This document shows, one piece after another, positions 51,199 to 64,000 of a stretch of DNA of 64,000 bases; the first letter of the stretch is position 1, and the number at the start of each line of letters is the position of its first letter. Source of the DNA: Escherichia coli O127:H6 str. E2348/69 (lineage in GTDB: Bacteria; Pseudomonadota; Gammaproteobacteria; Enterobacterales; Enterobacteriaceae); the NCBI RefSeq assembly GCF_000026545.1, contig NC_011601.1; one strand, 5' to 3'. The translations under genes were made by a program, and so were the position numbers. The notes beneath the pieces are model-generated. The model worked only from the letters and a program-made list of their open reading frames with translations. It searched no databases and was not told where the DNA came from.

Positions 51199-51781
51199 GT
51201 TTATCCCTTTTCTCACGCAGTGCGTTAAAATTACTTAATAATTCATACGTTTCAACCAGCGGTAAGCCGACTACGGCGTGAAAGCTGCCATTTATCTTCC
51301 TGACAAAACAGCCACCCAGCCCCTGAATACCGTATGCACCTGCTTTATCTAACGGTTCGCCGCTGGCGACATAGCCCGCGATGTCTTCGTCTGTTAACGT
51401 TCTGAAAGTCACATCGGTGACCACCAGGCAATCGAGAATGTGCTGGCTGTCGGCCAACGCCACTGCCGTCATCACCTGATGGGTCTGACCCGATAATTTG
51501 CGCAACATCTGCGCCGCATGCTCTGCGTCGCGCGGTTTCTCGAGCACTTCTCCGTTCAGGATAACGATAGTATCCGCACCCAGCACCGGGAGATCCTGCG
51601 CCGTTTGCGCGACACCCGCCTGTGCTTTCTCGCGCGCCAGACGCACAACATACTGCTGCGCGCTCTCCTGCGGCTGACGCTGCTCCTCAATGCCCGTAAC
51701 AATACGTTCAAAGGTCACGCCAAGTTGCGCAAGTAACTCCTGACGACGCGGAGAACCGGAAGCTAAATACAGAGAAGTCAT
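51188..51781 (-). CDS. yhdE: YhdE, Maf-family nucleoside triphosphate pyrophosphatase
   Basis: 197 aa, Maf signature [17 protein letters not shown]. Confidence 0.95.
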   Translation of the reverse strand: MTSLYLASGSPRRQELLAQLGVTFERIVTGIEEQRQPQESAQQYVVRLAREKAQAGVAQTAQDLPVLGADTIVILNGEVLEKPRDAEHAAQMLRKLSGQTHQVMTAVALADSQHILDCLVVTDVTFRTLTDEDIAGYVASGEPLDKAGAYGIQGLGGCFVRKINGSFHAVVGLPLVETYELLSNFNALREKRDKHDG

Positions 51782-51789
51782 AGAAACCT

Positions 51790-53381
<1,592 letters not shown>

Positions 53382-53446
53382 AAGTTATGCGTATTCTCGT
53401 ATCAGACCAGGCAGGGTAAACAGACACTTCCCCTGCCTGCATCCGA

Positions 53447-54616
<1,170 letters not shown>

Positions 54617-54794
54617 TTACAAATCTCTGCCTGAGTCCAGAAAGGCTTAATGCATCAGCAGCATTCCTCGCCTGTTTGCAACCGCGTAAGGTCATTCATC
54701 TGCATATGTGCTGCAACAATCTGGCGAGCAGACAAGCACACTCCCATGAGACGCAGCGCGCGTTATTCTACGTGAAAACGGATTAAACGGCAGG

Positions 54795-56735
54795 TTAAAC
54801 CGAGTATCTTTGTGAATATTTTTTCACGTTAGTATCAAGTGGCTGTGAGGACGCGAAAAAATCCCCTTGCCCACCTGTAACACCGCGCTGAATCAGGGTC
54901 TGCCACTCGCTTCGCGAACGCACGCCGGTGGCGTAAACCTGGGTGCTGGTCCCGGAGCAGGCTTCCACCAGGCTTTGAACCAGCAGCTGGTTCTCCGTTC
55001 GCTTCTCAATGTTTCTGACCAGCCCCGGATGGAGCTTGAGTAACTCAACATTAAGTTCTTTGATCCAGCTGGTGCTTACCAGCGTCAAACCAGCCTGGTT
55101 GACGGCTACCCGTACCCCTAAAGCATTCACTAAACGAATAACAGGTTGTAAGCGACTGATATGTTGACCAACATCGGCCTCTGCAAGTTCAATAATTATG
55201 CGTCTTCGTTGCGATTTTTCACATTGCATTAACGTATCGCGCAGCCAACGCTGAAAACGCGGGCGAATCAGCGACTCAACGGTAACCTGAATCGCCAGAT
55301 TTTCCTCTGGCCAGTAACGCAATAGTGGAATAAGACGGCTGATTTGCAGGCGGTCATACTCTTCCGATAAACCAAACTGCAAGACCATCGGCATATACTC
55401 CGCCGAACTAACCTCTTCATTACCATCGAAGATGCGGCACATGAGTTCACGATGATGAACCTGGCCTTCGCGAGTAACCGCCGGTTTTTGATAAAGGCGC
55501 GGGCCGCCGCGACTGAGCATTTGCTCGATAAGCGTACGCCAGCGAACATTACCGCGTCCTTTTTCAGGCAACGAGTCATCGTAAATAGCCCAGCTATTGC
55601 CGCCCTGCAATCCCGCATTACGCGTGGCAGACTCTGCATGTTCCATTACCTGCTCGGTATCCTGACCACTACGCCAGGCACAGATACCAATGTGGATCAT
55701 ATCGTCGCGATCGAGCATTTTATTGTTCGGCAAGGTATCGACGGCTTTGATTAACTGACTGGCGATGCTCTCTGCCTCTTTTAACGTCCGGTGCGGTAAC
55801 AACGCAGCAAAATCACTGCGGTGGTAACGCGCCAGCAGTGCGCCAGGGTAGCGCATCATAAATGTCGATAGCAGATTCGTCAGAGAGAAGAACTGTTCTT
55901 CAACCTGGCTGTGCCCCCAGGTATCACTCAACATATTGAAATCCGGCAGACGAATCATCATCACGATTCCGTGGGTACCTACTTTCTCTTGATCTTCCAG
56001 TAACGTTGCTAACTGATTATCGAAAAAGAGTCGGTTATTGAGGCCGGTTTTCATGTCCTGGGCGGCATAAGAGCGGATCAGAGTATCAAGACGGCTGTGT
56101 TGTTCGCGTGCGTTCTGAATTTCACAAAGCAGCGTATCCAGCGCACTGCTGGTTCTGGGCGGCCATTCATAGATGGTTCCCAACACATTAGAGCCACGCT
56201 CACCGTTTAAGATACGAGTAGCCCGGGTTTCCAGCAATTCTTGCCCGGCAAGTTGCCGTTGTAACCAGCGTACCGCCAGGAAGAGCATAAGAATGATAAA
56301 GCCAATCGCCCCCGTGAGCGGCGCGGTAGTCATTAAAGAATGGAAATAGTTGCCCATCGGATCCTGATAAACCAGACGCAGCGACATCCCCGGATGCTTT
56401 ATCAATGGAACGCTCAGTTCACGAAACAGATCGTTGGTGCCAACCGGACGATAACTACCATTTCTGGTCAGGGTATAAACCTGCTTATCACCATGGAGCA
56501 GGTCTACACGAACGATATCTGCCGACATCATTAATTCGGTAATTTGTGGCCTTAATGTGCTGAAGTCATTCGACAGTAGGTGGGTATCAATCGCCGCCGC
56601 CACCGCCTGAACACGATGACTAAACTTATACTGAATGGCGTTGTAGAAACTTAGCGAACAGCCCAGCAAAGTCACAAAAATTGTTAACCCGGTGAGCAGC
56701 GTGACAAAGGCCGAAAATTTCGTCGTTAATCTCAT
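54795..56735 (-). CDS. csrD: CsrD, degenerate GGDEF-EAL protein targeting CsrB/CsrC for RNase E decay
   Basis: 646 aa, two N-terminal TM segments, GGDEF-like and EAL-like domains. Confidence 0.95.
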   Translation of the reverse strand: MRLTTKFSAFVTLLTGLTIFVTLLGCSLSFYNAIQYKFSHRVQAVAAAIDTHLLSNDFSTLRPQITELMMSADIVRVDLLHGDKQVYTLTRNGSYRPVGTNDLFRELSVPLIKHPGMSLRLVYQDPMGNYFHSLMTTAPLTGAIGFIILMLFLAVRWLQRQLAGQELLETRATRILNGERGSNVLGTIYEWPPRTSSALDTLLCEIQNAREQHSRLDTLIRSYAAQDMKTGLNNRLFFDNQLATLLEDQEKVGTHGIVMMIRLPDFNMLSDTWGHSQVEEQFFSLTNLLSTFMMRYPGALLARYHRSDFAALLPHRTLKEAESIASQLIKAVDTLPNNKMLDRDDMIHIGICAWRSGQDTEQVMEHAESATRNAGLQGGNSWAIYDDSLPEKGRGNVRWRTLIEQMLSRGGPRLYQKPAVTREGQVHHRELMCRIFDGNEEVSSAEYMPMVLQFGLSEEYDRLQISRLIPLLRYWPEENLAIQVTVESLIRPRFQRWLRDTLMQCEKSQRRRIIIELAEADVGQHISRLQPVIRLVNALGVRVAVNQAGLTLVSTSWIKELNVELLKLHPGLVRNIEKRTENQLLVQSLVEACSGTSTQVYATGVRSRSEWQTLIQRGVTGGQGDFFASSQPLDTNVKKYSQRYSV

Positions 56736-56886
56736 CCTTGTGTTAACTCCGATAGTGAGGAAGCGGGCATACTAGCAAATCAGATTTATCTCGCAATTTA
56801 TTGCGCTTCATCGGCTTTGCTTTTCCATTAGCGAGTATAGTCTTCAGAAATTATTTTCCAATCCATCATGCACATGAGGACCACTT

Positions 56887-57861
56887 ATGCAGGCGTTACT
56901 TTTAGAACAGCAGGACGGCAAAACTCTCGCATCAGTACAGACTCTGGACGAAAGTCGCCTGCCGGAAGGCGATGTCACGGTTGATGTTCACTGGTCGAGC
57001 CTGAACTACAAAGATGCGCTGGCGATTACCGGTAAGGGAAAAATCATCCGTAATTTTCCGATGATTCCTGGGATCGATTTTGCCGGAACTGTACGCACCA
57101 GCGAAGATCCGCGTTTTCATGCCGGTCAGGAGGTGTTACTCACTGGCTGGGGCGTTGGTGAAAACCACTGGGGTGGGCTGGCGGAACAGGCGCGAGTGAA
57201 AGGTGACTGGCTGGTTGCCATGCCGCAAGGGCTGGACGCGCGTAAAGCAATGATTATCGGTACTGCCGGTTTTACCGCCATGCTGTGTGTGATGGCGCTG
57301 GAAGATGCCGGTGTTCGCCCGCAGGATGGGGAGATTGTCGTGACGGGTGCCAGTGGTGGCGTCGGCAGTACCGCCGTGGCGCTGCTGCATAAGTTGGGTT
57401 ATCAGGTCGTTGCTGTTTCCGGTCGCGAAAGTACCCATGAATATCTGAAAAGTTTAGGTGCCAGCCGTATTCTTCCTCGCGATGAGTTTGCCGAATCCCG
57501 TCCTCTGGAAAAACAAGTCTGGGCTGGGGCAATTGACACCGTTGGCGACAAAGTGCTGGCAAAAGTGCTGGCGCAAATGAATTACGGCGGCTGCGTGGCG
57601 GCCTGTGGTCTGGCGGGTGGTTTTACTCTGCCAACCACGGTCATGCCATTTATTCTGCGTAATGTCCGTTTGCAAGGGGTGGATTCAGTAATGACGCCAC
57701 CAGCACGCCGCGCACAAGCCTGGCAGCGACTGATCACCGATTTACCGGAATCATTCTATACCCAGGCGGCAAAAGAGATATCTCTGGCAGAGGCACCGAA
57801 GTTTGCCGAGGCCATCATTAATAACCAGATCCAGGGTCGCACGCTGGTGAAGGTTAACTAA
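56887..57861 (+). CDS. acuI: AcuI (YhdH), acrylyl-CoA reductase (MDR zinc-independent family)
   Basis: 324 aa, Rossmann motif VTGASGGVGS. Confidence 0.95.
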   Translation: MQALLLEQQDGKTLASVQTLDESRLPEGDVTVDVHWSSLNYKDALAITGKGKIIRNFPMIPGIDFAGTVRTSEDPRFHAGQEVLLTGWGVGENHWGGLAEQARVKGDWLVAMPQGLDARKAMIIGTAGFTAMLCVMALEDAGVRPQDGEIVVTGASGGVGSTAVALLHKLGYQVVAVSGRESTHEYLKSLGASRILPRDEFAESRPLEKQVWAGAIDTVGDKVLAKVLAQMNYGGCVAACGLAGGFTLPTTVMPFILRNVRLQGVDSVMTPPARRAQAWQRLITDLPESFYTQAAKEISLAEAPKFAEAIINNQIQGRTLVKVN

Positions 57862-58838
57862 CCATTTAGCAGGGAATAATAAGAGAGGGAACTCATTTTG
57901 AAATCATTATTCAATCGGTTAACGGGAAAAGCGGTTAGCCGGACAGCTTTCGTCGAACATCTTGGTTATGAAGTTGTACAACATCATCCAAACTGGAAAG
58001 TCATGATTTCGACTGACCATAAATTGATGCGCATTGATGCTCCACCAAACAGCCATTATTGATACGCCTCCGTCGCCTGTTAGGTTTATGGTGCTTTGCC
58101 TTGGCGACGCTACGCTTAATCTGTTACTGATTTCTGGTACCATGGGGGGAATAATCTGATTTTATTTGATTACAAATTAACCACTTAAACCTATTGAATG
58201 CGGAGCATTGTCAGTCGGTTAATTTTGCGCGCTTTAGCATTCACATCTTTCCAGACGATGCAGTGAAAATTGGGTAATCCCCAGCAACCGCTGCGTAATG
58301 TCGTCTATCTTGTCGCGATCCTGGCATCCCTACATTATTTGTGGTCTGTGAAGATTATCTCATTGCAGCCCCCCATCTTCGCAGGGCTGGCTTTACAGCT
58401 TTTCACCTTACGTTATAAGAAGTTCCGTCGATGATGGCGCTAATTTCGTGAATTGTGCGGCTTGTTGCAAATTACACGGTGTTGAAGGTTATTTACATGT
58501 TAGCTGTTGATTATCTTCCCTGATAAGACCAGTATTTAGCTGCCAATTGCTACGAAATCGTTATAATGTGCGACCTCGTCCTCCCTGACGCAGTTTTTGC
58601 ACTGCGGAAAAGGTGACATTGGCGCAACGAAGGTATATTTTGTTTTTTGCCGGAGGATAGCAGCAGATCGCTGCACAATGTCCGTCAAGTCTAACATTGA
58701 CACTCTGGGGCAAAATAGACCGGCGTCCCGGCCTGCTGGAATTTATCGCTATGCATACAGCTGTCGGGGCATACGCTTTACAGACGGCGGTGAAACGCCT
58801 GTCACAATCACACTAAACAAAGAGTACGGAACCCACTC

Positions 58839-59309
58839 ATGGATATTCGTAAGATTAAAAAACTGATCGAGCTGGTTGAAGAATCAGGCATCTCCGAACT
58901 GGAAATTTCTGAAGGCGAAGAGTCAGTACGCATTAGCCGTGCAGCTCCTGCCGCAAGTTTCCCTGTGATGCAACAAGCTTACGCTGCACCTATGATGCAG
59001 CAGCCAGCTCAATCTAACGCAGCCGCTCCGGCGACCGTTCCTTCCATGGAAGCGCCAGCAGCAGCGGAAATCAGTGGTCACATCGTACGTTCCCCGATGG
59101 TTGGTACTTTCTACCGCACCCCAAGCCCGGACGCAAAAGCGTTCATCGAAGTGGGCCAGAAAGTAAACGTGGGCGATACCCTGTGCATCGTTGAAGCCAT
59201 GAAAATGATGAACCAGATCGAAGCGGACAAATCCGGTACCGTGAAAGCAATTCTGGTCGAAAGTGGACAACCGGTAGAATTTGACGAGCCGCTGGTCGTC
59301 ATCGAGTAA
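58839..59309 (+). CDS. accB: AccB, biotin carboxyl carrier protein
   Basis: 156 aa, Ala/Pro-rich linker and biotinylation motif [10 protein letters not shown]. Confidence 0.97.
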
Positions 59310-59319
59310 CGAGGCGAAC

Positions 59320-60669
59320 ATGCTGGATAAAATTGTTATTGCCAACCGCGGCGAGATTGCATTGCGTATTCTTCGTGCCTGTAAAGAACTGGGCATCAAG
59401 ACTGTCGCTGTGCACTCCAGTGCGGATCGCGATCTAAAACACGTATTACTGGCAGATGAAACGGTCTGTATCGGCCCTGCTCCGTCAGTAAAAAGTTATC
59501 TGAACATCCCGGCAATCATCAGCGCCGCTGAAATCACCGGCGCAGTAGCAATCCATCCGGGTTACGGCTTCCTCTCCGAGAACGCCAATTTTGCCGAGCA
59601 GGTTGAACGCTCCGGCTTTATCTTCATCGGCCCGAAAGCAGAAACCATTCGCCTGATGGGCGACAAAGTATCCGCAATCGCGGCGATGAAAAAAGCAGGC
59701 GTTCCTTGCGTACCGGGTTCTGACGGCCCGCTGGGCGACGATATGGATAAAAACCGCGCCATTGCTAAACGCATTGGTTATCCGGTAATTATCAAAGCCT
59801 CCGGCGGCGGCGGTGGTCGCGGTATGCGCGTAGTGCGCGGCGACGCTGAACTGGCACAATCCATCTGCATGACCCGTGCGGAAGCGAAAGCAGCTTTCAG
59901 CAACGATATGGTTTACATGGAGAAATACCTGGAAAATCCTCGCCACGTCGAGATTCAGGTACTGGCTGACGGTCAGGGCAACGCTATCTATCTGGCGGAA
60001 CGTGACTGCTCCATGCAGCGCCGCCACCAGAAAGTGGTCGAAGAAGCACCGGCTCCGGGCATTACCCCGGAACTGCGTCGCTACATCGGCGAACGTTGCG
60101 CTAAAGCGTGTGTTGATATCGGCTATCGCGGTGCAGGTACTTTCGAGTTCCTGTTCGAAAACGGCGAGTTCTATTTCATCGAAATGAACACCCGTATTCA
60201 GGTAGAACACCCGGTTACTGAAATGATCACCGGCGTTGACCTGATCAAAGAACAGCTGCGTATCGCTGCCGGTCAACCGCTGTCGATCAAGCAAGAAGAA
60301 GTTCACGTTCGCGGCCATGCGGTGGAATGCCGTATCAACGCCGAAGATCCGAACACCTTCCTGCCAAGTCCGGGCAAAATCACCCGTTTCCACGCACCTG
60401 GTGGTTTTGGCGTACGTTGGGAGTCTCATATCTACGCGGGCTACACCGTACCGCCGTACTATGACTCAATGATCGGTAAGCTGATTTGCTACGGTGAAAA
60501 CCGTGACGTGGCGATTGCTCGCATGAAGAATGCGCTGCAGGAGCTGATCATCGACGGTATCAAAACCAACGTTGATCTGCAGATCCGCATCATGAATGAC
60601 GAGAACTTCCAGCATGGTGGCACTAACATCCACTATCTGGAGAAAAAACTCGGTCTTCAGGAAAAATAA
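59320..60669 (+). CDS. accC: AccC, biotin carboxylase
   Basis: ORF 59281..60669; start at ATG 59320 ([28 protein letters not shown]), 449 aa. Confidence 0.96.
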   Translation: MLDKIVIANRGEIALRILRACKELGIKTVAVHSSADRDLKHVLLADETVCIGPAPSVKSYLNIPAIISAAEITGAVAIHPGYGFLSENANFAEQVERSGFIFIGPKAETIRLMGDKVSAIAAMKKAGVPCVPGSDGPLGDDMDKNRAIAKRIGYPVIIKASGGGGGRGMRVVRGDAELAQSICMTRAEAKAAFSNDMVYMEKYLENPRHVEIQVLADGQGNAIYLAERDCSMQRRHQKVVEEAPAPGITPELRRYIGERCAKACVDIGYRGAGTFEFLFENGEFYFIEMNTRIQVEHPVTEMITGVDLIKEQLRIAAGQPLSIKQEEVHVRGHAVECRINAEDPNTFLPSPGKITRFHAPGGFGVRWESHIYAGYTVPPYYDSMIGKLICYGENRDVAIARMKNALQELIIDGIKTNVDLQIRIMNDENFQHGGTNIHYLEKKLGLQEK

Positions 60670-60684
60670 GACTGCAAAAGCGTC

Positions 60685-60711
60685 AAAAGGCCGGATTTTC
60701 CGGCCTTTTTT
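60685..60711 (+). terminator. Rho-independent terminator of accBC
   Basis: AAAAGGCCGGA-TTTT-CCGGCCTTTTTT. Confidence 0.8.
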
Positions 60712-60777
60712 ATTACTGGGGTTCGACAACCCCTATAAGGTACAATCCCCGCTTTCTTCACCCATCAGGGACAAAAA

Positions 60778-61020
60778 ATGGACACTCATTTTGTTCAGGC
60801 CCATAAAGAGGCGCGCTGGGCGCTGGGGCTGACCCTTTTGTATCTGGCGGTATGGTTAGTAGCCGCTTACTTACCTGGCGTTGCTCCCGGTTTTACCGGC
60901 TTTCCGCGCTGGTTTGAGATGGCCTGCATCCTGACGCCGCTGCTGTTTATTGGACTGTGCTGGGCGATGGTGAAATTTATCTATCGCGATATCCCACTGG
61001 AGGATGACGATGCAGCTTGA
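60778..61020 (+). CDS. yhdT: YhdT, small inner-membrane protein (DUF997)
   Basis: 80 aa, two TM segments, overlaps panF start. Confidence 0.9.
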   Translation: MDTHFVQAHKEARWALGLTLLYLAVWLVAAYLPGVAPGFTGFPRWFEMACILTPLLFIGLCWAMVKFIYRDIPLEDDDAA

Positions 61021-62461
61021 AGTAATTCTACCGCTGGTCGCCTATCTGGTGGTGGTGTTCGGTATCTCTGTTTATGCGATGCGTAAACGGAGCACTGGCA
61101 CCTTCCTTAATGAGTATTTCCTCGGCAGCCGCTCTATGGGCGGTATTGTGCTGGCGATGACGCTCACCGCGACCTATATCAGTGCCAGTTCGTTTATCGG
61201 CGGGCCTGGAGCTGCTTATAAATACGGCCTGGGCTGGGTATTGCTGGCGATGATTCAGCTTCCTGCAGTCTGGCTTTCGCTCGGTATTCTCGGCAAGAAG
61301 TTCGCAATTCTTGCGCGCCGCTACAATGCGGTGACGCTGAACGATATGCTGTTTGCCCGCTACCAGAGTCGTCTTCTGGTGTGGCTGGCGAGTTTGAGTT
61401 TGCTGGTTGCGTTCGTTGGTGCGATGACCGTGCAGTTTATCGGCGGTGCGCGCCTGCTGGAAACCGCGGCGGGTATTCCTTATGAAACCGGGCTGCTGAT
61501 TTTCGGTATCAGCATTGCGTTGTATACCGCCTTTGGCGGCTTTCGCGCCAGCGTGCTGAACGACACCATGCAAGGGCTGGTGATGCTGATTGGCACCGTT
61601 GTGCTGCTTATTGGCGTGGTACATGCCGCAGGTGGTTTAAGTAATGCGGTAGACACGCTGCAAACCATCGATCCGCAACTGGTTACGCCACAAGGCGCTG
61701 ACGATATTCTGTCGCCTGCCTTTATGACGTCGTTCTGGGTACTGGTGTGCTTTGGCGTTATAGGCCTGCCACATACTGCGGTGCGCTGTATCTCTTATAA
61801 AGACAGCAAAGCCGTACATCGGGGGATCATTATCGGTACGATTGTAGTCGCAATCCTGATGTTCGGTATGCATCTGGCCGGAGCGTTAGGTCGGGCGGTG
61901 ATCCCCGATCTCACCGTACCGGATCTGGTGATCCCGACGTTAATGGTAAAAGTGCTGCCACCGTTTGCCGCCGGGATCTTTCTGGCTGCACCGATGGCTG
62001 CGATCATGTCGACAATTAACGCCCAACTGCTGCAAAGTTCCGCTACGATCATTAAAGATCTCTATCTGAATATCCGTCCGGATCAAATGCAAAACGAGAC
62101 GCGTCTGAAGCGGATGTCGGCGGTGATCACGTTGGTTCTCGGTGCGTTGCTGCTGCTTGCCGCCTGGAAGCCGCCAGAAATGATCATCTGGCTGAATTTG
62201 CTGGCCTTCGGTGGGCTGGAAGCCGTTTTCCTGTGGCCGCTGGTGCTGGGTCTTTACTGGGAACGTGCCAACGCCAAAGGCGCGCTAAGTGCGATGATCG
62301 TTGGCGGCGTGCTGTATGCCGTACTCGCGACGCTGAATATTCAGTACCTGGGCTTCCACCCTATCGTGCCCTCGTTACTACTAAGTTTGCTGGCTTTCCT
62401 GGTCGGAAACCGTTTCGGTACATCCGTCCCGCAAGCTACCGTTTTGACTACTGATAAATAA
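61010..62461 (+). CDS. panF: PanF, sodium/pantothenate symporter (SSS family)
   Basis: ORF 61004..62461; start at ATG 61010 ([20 protein letters not shown]), 483 aa. Confidence 0.93.
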
Positions 62462-62472
62462 AGAGTTTTGCC

Positions 62473-63354
62473 ATGCCTTGGATCCAACTGAAACTGAACA
62501 CTACCGGCGCGAACGCGGAAGATCTTAGCGATGCGCTGATGGAAGCGGGTGCCGTTTCTATCACTTTTCAGGATACCCACGATACGCCAGTATTTGAGCC
62601 GCTGCCGGGCGAAACGCGCCTGTGGGGCGACACCGATGTGATTGGTCTGTTCGACGCTGAAACCGATATGAACGACGTGGTGGCGATTCTGGAAAACCAT
62701 CCGCTGCTCGGCGCGGGCTTCGCGCATAAAATCGAACAACTGGAAGATAAAGACTGGGAGCGCGAATGGATGGATAATTTCCACCCGATGCGCTTTGGTG
62801 AACGACTGTGGATCTGCCCAAGCTGGCGTGATGTGCCGGACGAAAACGCCGTCAACGTGATGTTAGACCCAGGGCTGGCGTTTGGTACGGGTACCCATCC
62901 AACTACCTCTCTGTGCCTGCAATGGCTCGACAGCCTCGATTTAACCGGTAAAACAGTCATCGACTTTGGCTGCGGTTCCGGCATTCTGGCTATCGCGGCG
63001 CTGAAACTGGGTGCAGCAAAAGCCATTGGTATTGATATCGATCCGCAGGCGATCCAGGCCAGCCGCGATAACGCCGAACGTAATGGCGTTTCTGATCGTC
63101 TGGAACTCTACTTACCGAAAGATCAGCCAGAAGAAATGAAAGCCGACGTGGTGGTCGCTAACATCCTTGCAGGCCCATTACGTGAACTGGCACCGTTAAT
63201 CAGCGTCCTGCCAGTTTCAGGCGGTTTGCTGGGCCTTTCCGGTATTCTGGCAAGCCAGGCAGAGAGCGTTTGCGAAGCTTATGCCGACAGCTTCGCTCTG
63301 GACCCGGTCGTGGAAAAAGAAGAGTGGTGCCGCATTACCGGTCGTAAGAATTAA
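62473..63354 (+). CDS. prmA: PrmA, ribosomal protein L11 methyltransferase
   Basis: 293 aa, SAM-binding motif [15 protein letters not shown]. Confidence 0.96.
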
Positions 63355-63614
63355 CCTTCGCATCGCCGTATGGCGACTCAGAGCGAAGTGCGAGCGATGT
63401 CACAAAAGGCACGTTAATTTGCCGATTATTTACGCAAATTTGCGTGCCAAAATTTTCATTCATAAAGAAAAATTGAGAACTTACTCAAATTTCTTTGAGT
63501 GTAAATTTTAGTCACTATTTTCTAATATGATGATTTTTATGAGTAATTATCGCGCTACGCTCATTTTAAATGCAATTCTTTGATCCATCTCAGAGGATTG
63601 GTCAAAGTTTGGCC

Positions 63615-63643
63615 TTTCATCTCGTGCAAAAAATGCGTAATAT
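63615..63643 (+). promoter_or_regulatory. dusB-fis operon promoter (stringently controlled)
   Basis: TTTCAT(C) -35-like element, 17-bp spacer, TAATAT -10, followed by GC-rich discriminator ACGCCGCC; about 40 bp upstream of the dusB ATG. Confidence 0.7.
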
Positions 63644-63682
63644 ACGCCGCCTTGCAGTCACAGTATGGTCATTTCTTAACTC

Positions 63683-64000
63683 ATGCGCATCGGACAATAT
63701 CAGCTCAGAAATCGCCTGATCGCAGCGCCCATGGCTGGCATTACAGACAGACCTTTTCGGACGTTGTGCTACGAGATGGGAGCCGGATTGACAGTATCCG
63801 AGATGATGTCTTCTAACCCACAGGTTTGGGAAAGCGACAAATCTCGTTTACGGATGGTGCACATTGATGAACCCGGTATTCGCACCGTGCAAATTGCTGG
63901 TAGCGATCCGAAAGAAATGGCAGATGCAGCACGTATTAACGTGGAAAGCGGTGCCCAGATTATTGATATCAATATGGGTTGCCCGGCTAAAAAAGTGAAT
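63683..64000 (+). CDS. dusB: DusB, tRNA-dihydrouridine synthase B, N-terminal 106 codons (runs off window end)
   Basis: ATG at 63683 opens [36 protein letters not shown]... with no stop before position 64000; not in the ORF track because it is open-ended. Confidence 0.9.
   Translation, partial: MRIGQYQLRNRLIAAPMAGITDRPFRTLCYEMGAGLTVSEMMSSNPQVWESDKSRLRMVHIDEPGIRTVQIAGSDPKEMADAARINVESGAQIIDINMGCPAKKVN

Noticed and set aside
57862-58838. 977-bp gene-poor spacer between acuI and accB, considered as a possible insertion
   Set aside because: The spacing matches my recollection of the long accBC 5' leader and promoter region in K-12, so it is probably native.
58597-58866. 89-aa ORF overlapping the accB start
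   Set aside because: Out of frame with accB and lying in its leader; no support beyond being open.
59485-60429. 314-aa minus-strand ORF inside accC
   Set aside because: Antisense to the highly conserved accC; shadow ORF.

Overview
This 64 kb window is a conserved Escherichia coli-type core chromosome segment running from mlaC to dusB; I found no multi-gene block of unassigned function and nothing I can defend as an undescribed biological system. Every long ORF is accounted for by a recognisable housekeeping gene, identified from recall of the protein sequences and of K-12 gene order, with no database search run. Gene order is mlaC(partial)-mlaD-mlaE-mlaF / yrbG-kdsD-kdsC-lptC-lptA-lptB-rpoN-hpf-ptsN-rapZ-npr / yrbL / mtgA-elbB / ArcZ sRNA / arcB / yhcC / gltB-gltD / yhcH-nanK-nanE-nanT-nanA-nanR / sspB-sspA / rpsI-rplM / zapE / zapG / degQ-degS / mdh / argR / yhcN / yhcO / aaeB-aaeA-aaeX / aaeR / IS element / tldD / yhdP / rng-yhdE-mreD-mreC-mreB / csrD / acuI / accB-accC / yhdT-panF-prmA / dusB(partial). 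There are no rRNA or tRNA genes, no CRISPR array and no prophage or defence island. The accessory signals are: (1) an intact IS50-like (IS4-family) insertion sequence with an 8-bp flanking direct repeat between aaeR and tldD; (2) gltD abuts yhcH directly, so the gltF-yhcADEFG block that I recall at this position in K-12 is absent; (3) nanR abuts sspB, so dcuD as I recall it in K-12 is absent. Recognisable regulatory elements include the NanR GGTATA operator, a PhoP box upstream of yrbL, ARG boxes upstream of argR, the dusB-fis promoter, a REP element and several rho-independent terminators. CDS coordinates include the stop codon; where the ORF track began at an upstream in-frame ATG, the start was moved to the Met matching the known protein N-terminus and checked against the sequence.
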